From assembly GCA_018696595.1 (NCBI GenBank), contig JABHQW010000003.1, positions 192,001 through 256,000 of the forward strand: 64,000 nt of DNA, given 5' to 3'. Of this stretch, positions 39,655-48,540 are shown in pieces (position 1 is the first letter of the stretch; each line of letters opens with the position of its first letter). This DNA is from Candidatus Woesearchaeota archaeon (lineage in GTDB: Archaea > Nanobdellota > Nanobdellia > Woesearchaeales > GW2011-AR9). The notes under the pieces were generated by a model, which was given only the letters and a program-made list of their open reading frames with translations, did not search any database and was not told the DNA's origin. A program made the translations under genes and the position numbers.

Positions 39655-42371
39655 TGTCCATCAACACATCTTTCCAAAACACATACATCCCCACATTCTC
39701 CACAATTAAATGGATTAGTATTTAAATCACAACCACCAACTTCACGACAACCTGAAAACAGATTTAGGGTATTAAAATTATTATCACTAATACTGTCAAA
39801 ATCGTCATCTTCATCATTACAGTATTCTAAACTCACTTGAGGATCGGGATAAGAGCCATAATAAGTCTCAAGAATTTCAGAACCAACTTCTTGATCTTTA
39901 TTCCAACTAAATTCCGCTAAAGTTTCCAAATCATTAATAGTTAAAACAATTTCATCAGGAGAAGGAGAACATTTTCCTACAAAACATTGTCCAAACCAAC
40001 CTTTTGGTTCAATTCCTGCTTTTTGTAGATGATATTTAAAAAATTCTACAACTTCTCCATCCCAATTTGGAGCTACAACAAAATTTTCATGACTGATTCC
40101 TTTAAACAAAGATAAACTATTTCTAATGAAATAAACTCTGTCAATAACATTATACCACCAAGGCGATACTATAAATTCATTTTTTTGTTCTCCCAACAAA
40201 AAGAAAGCATCACCTCTTGCACTTACATCATATTGCGTTTCATAATAATTATCATTTCCCCCCTGCATTGAAGGTAAAATAGAATTGCCAAAAATAATTA
40301 GTTCTGAGTTAGGATAATATTCTTCTTTTAATTCAATCCATTTTTCCATGCCATATTCAAAGAATTCTGCATTAGTCATTCCGGTCATATCTCTGTTATA
40401 CGCTCTGATTTCATCCATAGGCACATGAAAATACTTTAAATCGGGAAATAGTAACTTTGTTGGCTGAAGAACTTTTGTTTCCATTTCTTGCCAGAAATAA
40501 TCATCAGCAAAATTTGGAAAATAATGATTTAATTCCCCAGGCCTATCTCTTACAAACAGCAATTCATAAGTAACTTTAACTTTGCTACCTTGCGGAATAT
40601 CATTCAACAGATTAATTTCTGTTTCAGTTGCATCTGTAGAAAGAATATCTTTAATTCCATTTGCACCAATTTCTTTATTAGGTTCTATTGAATAATCAAC
40701 ACCTTCAATTAAATTACCCTCATCGAATTTCACATTAACAACTCTTTTTACATTCCTCAATAATCCATTCAATCGGGTAATGGTTACTGGACCAAATAAA
40801 GCCTCTCCCTGACAATCAGGCCCCCTATCTCTAACTGTAACCACTATTTTTTCCCTTCCTTCAGCTACAAAAAGAGGAAAAGTAATTGTTTGTTTTCCTT
40901 CTTTAAGATCATCAGTCCCACCCGCCTGGTGAACACCTAATAAACTCTCGTGATCAACACCAGCTATTGGTTTAACACCAATGCTAAACGAAAATAAACA
41001 ATCAGTTCCTTTAGAATCAACATCAACTTCAATTGAACCAGTATACATGCCTGGAATAATTGAATTTTCATCTGGTTCACTATCAACAACATTATTTTCA
41101 TATATAAAATAACTTTTCTGATTATTAAATTCTCCAATTACCATCTTCAAACAATTTTCTTCTTGATTAAATGAACATGGCTCTTCTTGCCAAGAAACTG
41201 ATTGATCACCATAATCATGACCTAATTTTAATAAAGTCACTGCATTATCACCCATTTCGGAATAATCTTGACCTAAATCAAATATTTTTGAAAAAGTTTT
41301 TTCTGGAACTAAAATCCCCCCATCACCAACAATAAATGGTTCTTCTAAAATTAACCAACCAACTAAACATTTTGGACAAAAATCGGGAGACCCAGGAACC
41401 ACTAATTCATTATCAGTAATTCTTAACATGGGTTCAACAAAATGATCAAGTTTGTAATTGTAATCTTGAATTTTATTATTTTTCACTTTGTTGGTATCAG
41501 TTAAATAAAACGCTCTTTCAGTTTGGCCATTCATCTTCAACCTAGAAAGAATATTCGTAACTGGTGCTTGATTAGGCCTGTTGTGATAATATAATCTATG
41601 CTCATAATCCGGCCAATCTATAATTGTCCCTTCTGGAATTAATCCACTTTCAAAAATCCACCAAAAAGTTTGTACTGCATAAAAACTTCCTGCTTCAGTA
41701 TCACCATAAAAAGAAATAACTTCATTGAAACCGTCCAGATCTAAAATATATCCCTCTCCAAACCCCCGTTTTTCTCCTTCTAAAGTTAATTCCTGATCCA
41801 AGTTCAAACCCTTTTCTTGAAGATAAGAACCAATATAATCTTCACCATCATTTGTGCTGATAAGCATGACTTTAGTTGGGGGGACAGAAGTTATATCAAC
41901 AATGTCTAAATCTAACCCCTTGTTAAGAAGATCTTCTTTTAAAAAGTTGGCAACATTAAACAGTTTTTCATTACTTTGATCAACCGCAATTTTCCAAGAA
42001 TTGTCAATTACTAAATAATTAATTCCGTTAACTATTTCTTTGGGTTTAGGAACAATTTTTATTTTATCCAAATCATTTGTTGTTATTTCATACTCTTCTC
42101 CAGAACAAATTTCTTTTTTTTCAACATTAAAATTAGTTAGAAGATTACCCCCTTTTGTTGCTAAGATTTGATAACAATCCCCATCTAATTTAACATCAAT
42201 AGAATCTTGATCCTCAAAGTTCAAATAGAAGTTTTGGGAATAATATTCTTCAGGAGTTTGATAAGCTTCCCCAACCAAAGTACTTTGAGGATAAAACAAT
42301 AAAATTGCAACTAAGATAACCGCTATAGAAATACCTACCACTAACCAAATCTTATGCTTGTCAACATCCAT
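39642..42371 (-). CDS. Membrane-anchored GH20-like (beta-N-acetylhexosaminidase-like) glycoside hydrolase
   Basis: N-terminal TM; IVPKPKEI...EGYIL...GDTEAGSFYAVQT...IIDWPDYEHR (GH20 domain 2); FHVPMDE resembles the GH20 H-x-G-x-D-E catalytic motif; Cys-rich tail. Confidence 0.72.
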   Translation of the reverse strand: MDVDKHKIWLVVGISIAVILVAILLFYPQSTLVGEAYQTPEEYYSQNFYLNFEDQDSIDVKLDGDCYQILATKGGNLLTNFNVEKKEICSGEEYEITTNDLDKIKIVPKPKEIVNGINYLVIDNSWKIAVDQSNEKLFNVANFLKEDLLNKGLDLDIVDITSVPPTKVMLISTNDGEDYIGSYLQEKGLNLDQELTLEGEKRGFGEGYILDLDGFNEVISFYGDTEAGSFYAVQTFWWIFESGLIPEGTIIDWPDYEHRLYYHNRPNQAPVTNILSRLKMNGQTERAFYLTDTNKVKNNKIQDYNYKLDHFVEPMLRITDNELVVPGSPDFCPKCLVGWLILEEPFIVGDGGILVPEKTFSKIFDLGQDYSEMGDNAVTLLKLGHDYGDQSVSWQEEPCSFNQEENCLKMVIGEFNNQKSYFIYENNVVDSEPDENSIIPGMYTGSIEVDVDSKGTDCLFSFSIGVKPIAGVDHESLLGVHQAGGTDDLKEGKQTITFPLFVAEGREKIVVTVRDRGPDCQGEALFGPVTITRLNGLLRNVKRVVNVKFDEGNLIEGVDYSIEPNKEIGANGIKDILSTDATETEINLLNDIPQGSKVKVTYELLFVRDRPGELNHYFPNFADDYFWQEMETKVLQPTKLLFPDLKYFHVPMDEIRAYNRDMTGMTNAEFFEYGMEKWIELKEEYYPNSELIIFGNSILPSMQGGNDNYYETQYDVSARGDAFFLLGEQKNEFIVSPWWYNVIDRVYFIRNSLSLFKGISHENFVVAPNWDGEVVEFFKYHLQKAGIEPKGWFGQCFVGKCSPSPDEIVLTINDLETLAEFSWNKDQEVGSEILETYYGSYPDPQVSLEYCNDEDDDFDSISDNNFNTLNLFSGCREVGGCDLNTNPFNCGECGDVCVLERCVDGQCIS

Positions 42372-42467
42372 TCTCTTTTATCTAAGTAATACTTTTTTAT
42401 TTATATATATATTGTTTCAGAAAAACATTTAAACAACCTAACTTTCCAACAAAACGAGGTGCTTACA

Positions 42468-43013
42468 ATGACTAAAACTGAAGAAAACTTAAAAACCGCT
42501 TTTGCTGGCGAATCGCAAGCAAGAAACAAGTATGATTATTTTGCAAAACAAGCCAGGAAAGAAAAATTACTTTATTTAGCAAAAATCTTTGAAGAAACTG
42601 CTTTGAACGAAATGCAACATGCTAAAGACGAATTTAAACTTCTTAACGGAATTAAAGATACAAAAGAAAATTTGAAAGCAGCAATTGCTGGTGAACATTA
42701 CGAAACAACAGAAATGTATCCTACCTTTGCTAAGGAAGCAGAAGAAGAAGGTAACGAAGAAGCCGCCAAACTTTTCACAGAAATTGCTAAAGTTGAAAAG
42801 GAACATGAAGCTCGTTACAAAAAATTGTTACAAATGGTTGAAGAAGGTAAAGTTTTCAAAAGAAATAAACCAATTAGATGGAAATGTAGCAAATGCGGAT
42901 TTATTGATGAAGGAGAAGAACCGCCTGAAGAATGTCCAAGTTGTAAACACGAATCACATTATTTCGAACCAGAGTGTATGTGTTTCAAAGAAGGTTGCGA
43001 AATTTGTAACTAA
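42468..43013 (+). CDS. rbr: Rubrerythrin
   Basis: AFAGESQARNKY, EMQHA, AIAGEHYE, EKEHE and rubredoxin-like WKCSKCG...ECPSCKH; SD GAGGTG before ATG 42468. Confidence 0.95.
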   Translation: MTKTEENLKTAFAGESQARNKYDYFAKQARKEKLLYLAKIFEETALNEMQHAKDEFKLLNGIKDTKENLKAAIAGEHYETTEMYPTFAKEAEEEGNEEAAKLFTEIAKVEKEHEARYKKLLQMVEEGKVFKRNKPIRWKCSKCGFIDEGEEPPEECPSCKHESHYFEPECMCFKEGCEICN

Positions 43014-43024
43014 TTCTTTCTTTT

Positions 43025-43417
43025 TTATTTTTTTAAATAGTTAACAAGAAGAAAATTAAAATATTCACTTCTTTTTTCAAAACAAGACTCACGAATATGT
43101 TTTAATGGACTTCCTTCAGAAGAAAATTCGTAATGCACTCTCACTTCATTATCATCAAATATTCTAAGATGATATTGATAAACCTCATCACTTACTTTTC
43201 TCATGTTAAGAACTTCGCCTTCATCTTTCCAAGTTAAGATCGCATCTTCAAATCCTTCATTAGTAAGAAATTCACGAAGTTCATTTAGATCACAATTACT
43301 TTTCAGATAACCCAACAAATATGGCTGTCTTCCTTTGTGAAATTTTACTTTTTCTAACAAACGTAAAACGGGTGGATAGATTGTGTAAACAATTTTCCAC
43401 ATTTTAGAATATGCCAT
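43025..43417 (-). CDS. Hypothetical protein
   Basis: Start moved to ATG 43417 because the longer ORF-track frame overlaps tRNA-Ser; YQYHLRIF-x-D-x-EV-x-x-H-x-E motif. Confidence 0.7.
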   Translation of the reverse strand: MAYSKMWKIVYTIYPPVLRLLEKVKFHKGRQPYLLGYLKSNCDLNELREFLTNEGFEDAILTWKDEGEVLNMRKVSDEVYQYHLRIFDDNEVRVHYEFSSEGSPLKHIRESCFEKRSEYFNFLLVNYLKK

Positions 43418-43435
43418 TTTGATTAAAATAAAAAG

Positions 43436-43605
43436 CGCCACGGGCCGGACATCCAAGCAAAAAGAGAATCTTAATGCAATTTGAACCGGCGATCCCATAA
43501 GGGACTAGATATTCACGAGATTAGGTTTTCATATTTTGTCATAGACAATATCAAACCCACGCTAAAATAGCAATCTAGCGCAATACCAGACTATGCGACC
43601 GTGGC
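43436..43605 (-). tRNA. tRNA-Ser(GCU) with two BHB introns (37/38 and 59/60)
   Basis: Acceptor GCCACGG/CCGUGGC, anticodon stem CUAGA/UCUAG, long variable arm, T-stem GCCGG/CCGGC; introns at 43511-43567 (57 nt) and 43450-43479 (30 nt). Confidence 0.92.
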
Positions 43606-43678
43606 GCGAACGTAGTGAGCGACGCGGGAAGCATGCTCAGAAACAATTTATTGTTTCTCGCGTATGCGACTGTGGCAC
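43591..43678. repeat. Direct repeat of the tRNA-Ser 5' end (71-bp period)
   Basis: tatgcgaccgtggc (43592-43605) versus tatgcgactgtggc (43663-43676). Confidence 0.8.
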
Positions 43679-43788
43679 TCAAATGTGTTATTACTCATTT
43701 TGTTTTTAAACTTATCGATTAATTTGTAATTGTTTTACTCTTAAAACCACAGAAAATCTTAAATAATCCTTAACTAACCTTTTATCCC

Positions 43789-44298
43789 ATGCTTAAACAA
43801 ACAGACATCCAAAAAACATTAAGTGCATTCAAACCAGAAAACTTTGTGTTTGTTATTTCTATAGATAAAAACAATAAACCAAACGGCATGGTAGCTGCTT
43901 GGAAAACAAGAATCTCTGGAACTCCGCCATTGTATGCCCTTGCGTTAGGACAATCAAGTAACACTTACAAACTGATTAAGAAAAGTAAAGAGTTTGTTAT
44001 TGCAGTTCCAAATAAAAGTATGGAAAAAGCAATAAAGATTTTTGGTCATCAACATGGGGATGAGATCGACAAATTCAAAGAATCTAAACTAACAACAATT
44101 CCTGCTAAGAAAATTAAAGTTCCATTAATCAAAGAAGCAACTATTTGTTATGAATGTAAGCTAGTTAATACTATAAAAACAGGCAGTTGTAATTTAGTAG
44201 TTGGAGAAGTAGTTGTAGCTCATCATAACAAAAAGAAAAAGGTTATTTTAGTAATGGGAAAAGATAAGGAAGGGAAAAGAATATTCAAAGAATTCTAG
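43789..44298 (+). CDS. Flavin reductase-like FMN-binding protein
   Basis: PNGMVAAW...SGTPP..A.A...S.NTYKLI.KSKEFVIAVP...PLIKEA..CYEC motifs. Confidence 0.9.
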   Translation: MLKQTDIQKTLSAFKPENFVFVISIDKNNKPNGMVAAWKTRISGTPPLYALALGQSSNTYKLIKKSKEFVIAVPNKSMEKAIKIFGHQHGDEIDKFKESKLTTIPAKKIKVPLIKEATICYECKLVNTIKTGSCNLVVGEVVVAHHNKKKKVILVMGKDKEGKRIFKEF

Positions 44299-44334
44299 AA
44301 ACATTTATAAAAAAATAGCACTAAAAATATTATA

Positions 44335-44619
44335 ATGGAAACCGGACAATATCAACAACCGATTGAAGAAGAACGTTACTTAACTGCATTAAATAGTAGA
44401 AGATTAATCCCTAAAGATTTATCTGGCGCAGTATTGCCTAATGGTGGTGGCAATGGTGGTGGGGATGATGACGATGACAAAAGAGAACCCCATTTAGAAT
44501 TGTTAATTAGAACAAGTAGCCCTTCAAAAAAAGGAGAATATGGCAATAAGGTTTTTGACGTAAAGAAAATAATGAAAGAATATTTTCCCACTCAACAAGA
44601 ACCCAAATACATTTCTTAA
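44335..44619 (+). CDS. Orphan small protein with a G/D-rich linker
   Basis: 94 aa; TTTATAA about 30 nt upstream; NGGGNGGGDDDDD tract; flanked by a 15-bp direct repeat at 44293-44307 and 44641-44655. Confidence 0.6.
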   Translation: METGQYQQPIEEERYLTALNSRRLIPKDLSGAVLPNGGGNGGGDDDDDKREPHLELLIRTSSPSKKGEYGNKVFDVKKIMKEYFPTQQEPKYIS

Positions 44620-44688
44620 TTAATTACTTTTTTCAACGTCTTCTAGAAACATTTAAGTATAGTTGAAGTCTTCTTAAAGTTTATATAC

Positions 44689-45243
44689 TTGTTAAAAAAA
44701 GAGATGAACATAATGAAAAAATTAATTATTTTAATAATTATTGTCTTACTAATCTTACCACTCGCCACATCTAGATCAATTACTGTTTCTGGAGAAAAAT
44801 TTTTTGGATGTAACCTAATTTCAGAACAATATGAACAATACCAAAATGAAAAAGGAATTAAAACAAATAATCAAATAGTAGCAGCAGGGTTAGATTATTT
44901 AATAGATGATGAAAACCCAGATTATGATTACGCATGTATGTTCTCTGAAAATAAAACAGAATGTAAATCCTGTGTTGCAAATGTTGTTCTTCAAGAAAAA
45001 AAAAATAATCTGAAATCAGAGGAAAGAAAAATAAAAAGTGAACGTAATTCTAAAATTACCTCTGGGGTTCTTATTGCTTTAATATTAATTTCAAGCATTT
45101 TATTATACAAATCAATTAAAAATGGAAAATTAAAGCATAGAAAATTATGGATCACTTTATTATCAATTGGATTAAGCATTTGTGTACTACTTTTTATACT
45201 GCGTTTAATTGCAATAGCCTTATTTAGTACCAATCTGAATTAA
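44689..45243 (+). CDS. Membrane protein with signal peptide (start uncertain: 44689, 44704 or 44713)
   Basis: N-terminal hydrophobic segment, four Cys, two C-terminal TM helices. Confidence 0.65.
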   Translation: MLKKEMNIMKKLIILIIIVLLILPLATSRSITVSGEKFFGCNLISEQYEQYQNEKGIKTNNQIVAAGLDYLIDDENPDYDYACMFSENKTECKSCVANVVLQEKKNNLKSEERKIKSERNSKITSGVLIALILISSILLYKSIKNGKLKHRKLWITLLSIGLSICVLLFILRLIAIALFSTNLN

Positions 45244-45251
45244 GAAAAGTT

Positions 45252-45593
45252 TTAATTTTTAGAAACCTTAAAGAGAACTCCAGGAACTAAACCAAGACAT
45301 TTCTTACTACCACAAGCACATTCCATCTTCAGAAAAGGAACTTTCTCTTTAACATAATTGCAAGTTATTTCTTCGCCCTCATTAATATTTCTTAAAGCGA
45401 TATTCTCACCCTCTTTTTCTGTAAGATTAGCATCACAAGAATGATTCAAAAAAGAACTAGGAGATTTAACAACAACCGACACATCTTCTAACAAAGAATC
45501 CCATCTGAACACTATTTCACCTTTCTGAAAATCTTTATTAGCAAAAACTCCTTTCCCTTGAATCTTAGAATCTTTAATAACAATACCCGACAT
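45252..45593 (-). CDS. Minimal SET-domain lysine methyltransferase with post-SET motif
   Basis: SKIQGKGVFA-x-K, FLNHSCDAN, ALRNI-x-EGEEITCNY and CACGSKKC motifs. Confidence 0.92.
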   Translation of the reverse strand: MSGIVIKDSKIQGKGVFANKDFQKGEIVFRWDSLLEDVSVVVKSPSSFLNHSCDANLTEKEGENIALRNINEGEEITCNYVKEKVPFLKMECACGSKKCLGLVPGVLFKVSKN

Positions 45594-45595
45594 TT

Positions 45596-46024
45596 TTAAA
45601 TGTCTACTAGAACTTTAGCATACCAACCTTTATCGGTTTTCTTAACTTCAAACATATGCATTGTAATTGCTTTAATATCTACTTTTTGTTCATGTTTCTC
45701 AGGATCAATCTTCTCACCATAAGCAATACAGGTTAATTTATACTTGCCATTTTCTTCTGTAACTTTACAATCAAACTTAGAAAAAATTATTCTTTCTGAA
45801 TCCTTATGAAATAATAAATCATCTAAGAAGTCAAACAATAAATATTCAATATTTTCATTTTCTCCTGTAATTTCTCTTTTCTGTTCAGCAGAAAATTGTT
45901 TCAGATTAACTTGTACTTCTTCTACAGCTAACCCGCATTGTTCAAATAATTCCCCCAATGTAGAAGCTTCCGCTACAAAAAGTTCATCCGCAGTATGTTC
46001 CAGGAATTTATAGTTTGCTTTCAT
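45596..46024 (-). CDS. Archease (tRNA-splicing ligase RtcB cofactor)
   Basis: YKFLEHTAD...DIKAITMH-x-F.......AKVLVDI. Confidence 0.93.
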   Translation of the reverse strand: MKANYKFLEHTADELFVAEASTLGELFEQCGLAVEEVQVNLKQFSAEQKREITGENENIEYLLFDFLDDLLFHKDSERIIFSKFDCKVTEENGKYKLTCIAYGEKIDPEKHEQKVDIKAITMHMFEVKKTDKGWYAKVLVDI

Positions 46025-47778
46025 TCTAATATCGCCTTAATCCGTCTAACACCAGCACTTGAAGACCCTTCCTTCTTAATTTTAAAAACTCCCAACTCAG
46101 AAATATTTGAAACATGAGGACCCATACAAATCTCTTTGGAATAATCCCCAACAGTATAAACAGAAACTTTCTCTGGATACTTTGCACCAAATTCCCCGTG
46201 CGCCCCAGAATCTAAAGCGTCCTGTAATTTCATCTCTTCACGTACAACAGGAACTCCTGAAGAGATTACGCGATTAACTTCTTCTTCAACAGCAGTAAGT
46301 TCCTCTGCAGTTAGTTTCCGATCAAAATTGAAATCAAACCTTAATCGATCTGCAGTAATGTTAGAACCTCTCTGTTTAACATCTTCTTTCAAAACACGAC
46401 GTAAAGCTTCATTCAATAAATGTGTAGCAGTATGTAATTTAGTAGTTTCTTCAGACGCATCTGATAAACCACCTTTAAACTTTTTCTCTGCACCAATTCT
46501 AGATAGTTCTTGATGTTTTTCATATTCAGCATTAAATCCAACAACATCAACTTTAATATCTTTCTCAGCAGCCAATTCTTCAGTCATCTCAATTGGAAAA
46601 CCATATGATTGGAATAACAAGAACGCATCTTCACCAGAAATTTCTTTTGCATTTTCAGCAAGCTTAGCAAACTTGTTCAATCCTTTTTCTAAAGTTCTCT
46701 TGAACTTATCTTGTTCTTTTCTCAACTCTTCAAAGATAATATCTTTCTTCTCTTCTAATAATAGATACTCTTGATTATACATAAAAATAACAATTTCTGC
46801 CAAGGAAGTTAAATCAATCTTTTCAATAGCTAATCCTAATGAACGGAAATGTCTGATTGCACGACGAATAAATCTTCTTAAGATATAACCCTGATCAACA
46901 TTACTAGGAACAACAGCCCGTTCATCTCCAAGAATAAATACTGAAGCTTTAACATGATCTGCAATGATCCTAAAAGATTTCTCATTTCCAGAATATTTCT
47001 TCTTAGTTACTTTCTCAATCTTTTTAATCAACGGCAAGAATAATTCAGTCATATAATTATCATTTAATCCATTTAAGACAGCAAGAGTTCTTTCAAATCC
47101 GCCGCCAAAATCAATACTTTTCTTTTTCAATTGTTTAAATTTCCCATTCTTAGTTTTCTCATACTCAATAAGAACATCATTTCCAATCTCTACCCACCTG
47201 GAATCGTCAACATCAAACTTTTCTGAAGGAACATCTTTAGATGCCCAGAAATATATCTCTGTACTAGGACCACAAGGACCAGTTTCTCCAGCAGGACCCC
47301 ACCAATTATCTTCTTTACCCAAAAAACCAATTCGTTCTTTTGATACACCTAAACTAAGCCAAGCTCTTGCAGCTTCTTCATCTTTAGGTGCGGCATCGTC
47401 TCCAGCGAAACAAGTGAACGCTAAATGTGATACAGGTAATTTCAATTCCTTAGTAAGAAACTCAAAAGTCATTTCAATCGCTTCTTTCTTAAAATAATCC
47501 CCAAGTGACCAATTCCCCATCATTTCAAAGAATGTGTGATGTGTTGCATCTCCAACTTCATCAATATCACCAGTACGGATACATTTTTGGAAGTTAGTAA
47601 CTCTTTCTCCCAGAGGATGATTATTATCTAAGAAAAAAGATACTAATGGCTGCATTCCTGCAGTTGTAAATAGTACAGTGGGATCATGTTCGGGGATTAA
47701 AGGTGCAGATGCAATTACAACATGCCCTTTACTTTGGAAAAACTCTAAATATTTCTGTCTTAGTTCGTTCGCTTTCAT
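46021..47778 (-). CDS. alaS: Alanine-tRNA ligase, short form lacking C-Ala domain
   Basis: LFTTAGMQPL, QKCIRTGDI, HHTFFEMMGNWS, GPCGPSTE, IIADH, LHTATHLL and EICMGPHV motifs; ATG 47778. Confidence 0.96.
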   Translation of the reverse strand: MKANELRQKYLEFFQSKGHVVIASAPLIPEHDPTVLFTTAGMQPLVSFFLDNNHPLGERVTNFQKCIRTGDIDEVGDATHHTFFEMMGNWSLGDYFKKEAIEMTFEFLTKELKLPVSHLAFTCFAGDDAAPKDEEAARAWLSLGVSKERIGFLGKEDNWWGPAGETGPCGPSTEIYFWASKDVPSEKFDVDDSRWVEIGNDVLIEYEKTKNGKFKQLKKKSIDFGGGFERTLAVLNGLNDNYMTELFLPLIKKIEKVTKKKYSGNEKSFRIIADHVKASVFILGDERAVVPSNVDQGYILRRFIRRAIRHFRSLGLAIEKIDLTSLAEIVIFMYNQEYLLLEEKKDIIFEELRKEQDKFKRTLEKGLNKFAKLAENAKEISGEDAFLLFQSYGFPIEMTEELAAEKDIKVDVVGFNAEYEKHQELSRIGAEKKFKGGLSDASEETTKLHTATHLLNEALRRVLKEDVKQRGSNITADRLRFDFNFDRKLTAEELTAVEEEVNRVISSGVPVVREEMKLQDALDSGAHGEFGAKYPEKVSVYTVGDYSKEICMGPHVSNISELGVFKIKKEGSSSAGVRRIKAILE

Positions 47779-47884
47779 TTTAAGAGTAGGAATATGGTTT
47801 GTTTTATATATTTTATTAGTAATTGCAGTATATACTTTGTAATAAACAATTCTTTTTAAATCTGAAACAAACAACATAAGCTTA

Positions 47885-48523
47885 ATGGCAAAAGGTAAAA
47901 GTAAGAAACAAAAAAAAGTTCATCAGAATAAATACGAGAACGCCCCAAGGGGACCCAAAAGAACGGGACGAAACAGAGTAGCACACCCACAACATTCTAT
48001 TGAAGAATTAGTTGAAGAAACTCCACAAGTAGAAGTAAGAGAAACAAGACCAAACCAAATAGAACCAAAAAATAATCCAACTTACTTGCAATATGATGAT
48101 TGGCAAGTGAGTGAAACTTTTCCTGATTGGGATGGAAACATCAATTTATACGCTTCTAACAAAGTAGACTTAGTGTTGTATGATCCAAAAGCAAGACTTT
48201 GCCTTTTAGTTGGTGCTTGGCAAACAGGAAAAGTTTTCAGGAATCAGATGAGAAAATTTAAAGAAGAAACTGGCGCAGTAATTGAAGCACATAAAAACCC
48301 AAAATTAGGTGTAAGAACAGCATTAGCTTATTCTACAAACCCAGAAGAGATTAGAGAACATCTTAATCCCGAAGCAGAAGTGTTAGTTGGTTTCCCACAT
48401 GCAGGAAAAGGAACCAGTTTACTAATGAGCCACAATAGGGACAATTCAAACAAACAACATAAACTAAACACAATAATGCTTCATTACTTACAAAGAGCAG
48501 ATTCTAATTATTTTAGTATTTAA
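47885..48523 (+). CDS. Orphan hypothetical protein with basic N-terminus
   Basis: 212-aa ORF; no recognisable motif. Confidence 0.65.
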   Translation: MAKGKSKKQKKVHQNKYENAPRGPKRTGRNRVAHPQHSIEELVEETPQVEVRETRPNQIEPKNNPTYLQYDDWQVSETFPDWDGNINLYASNKVDLVLYDPKARLCLLVGAWQTGKVFRNQMRKFKEETGAVIEAHKNPKLGVRTALAYSTNPEEIREHLNPEAEVLVGFPHAGKGTSLLMSHNRDNSNKQHKLNTIMLHYLQRADSNYFSI

Positions 48524-48540
48524 GAATCAACCAAACTTCT

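Noticed and set aside
43418-43498. N-terminal extension of ORF 43025-43498
   Set aside because: Overlaps tRNA-Ser; the internal ATG at 43417 is more plausible
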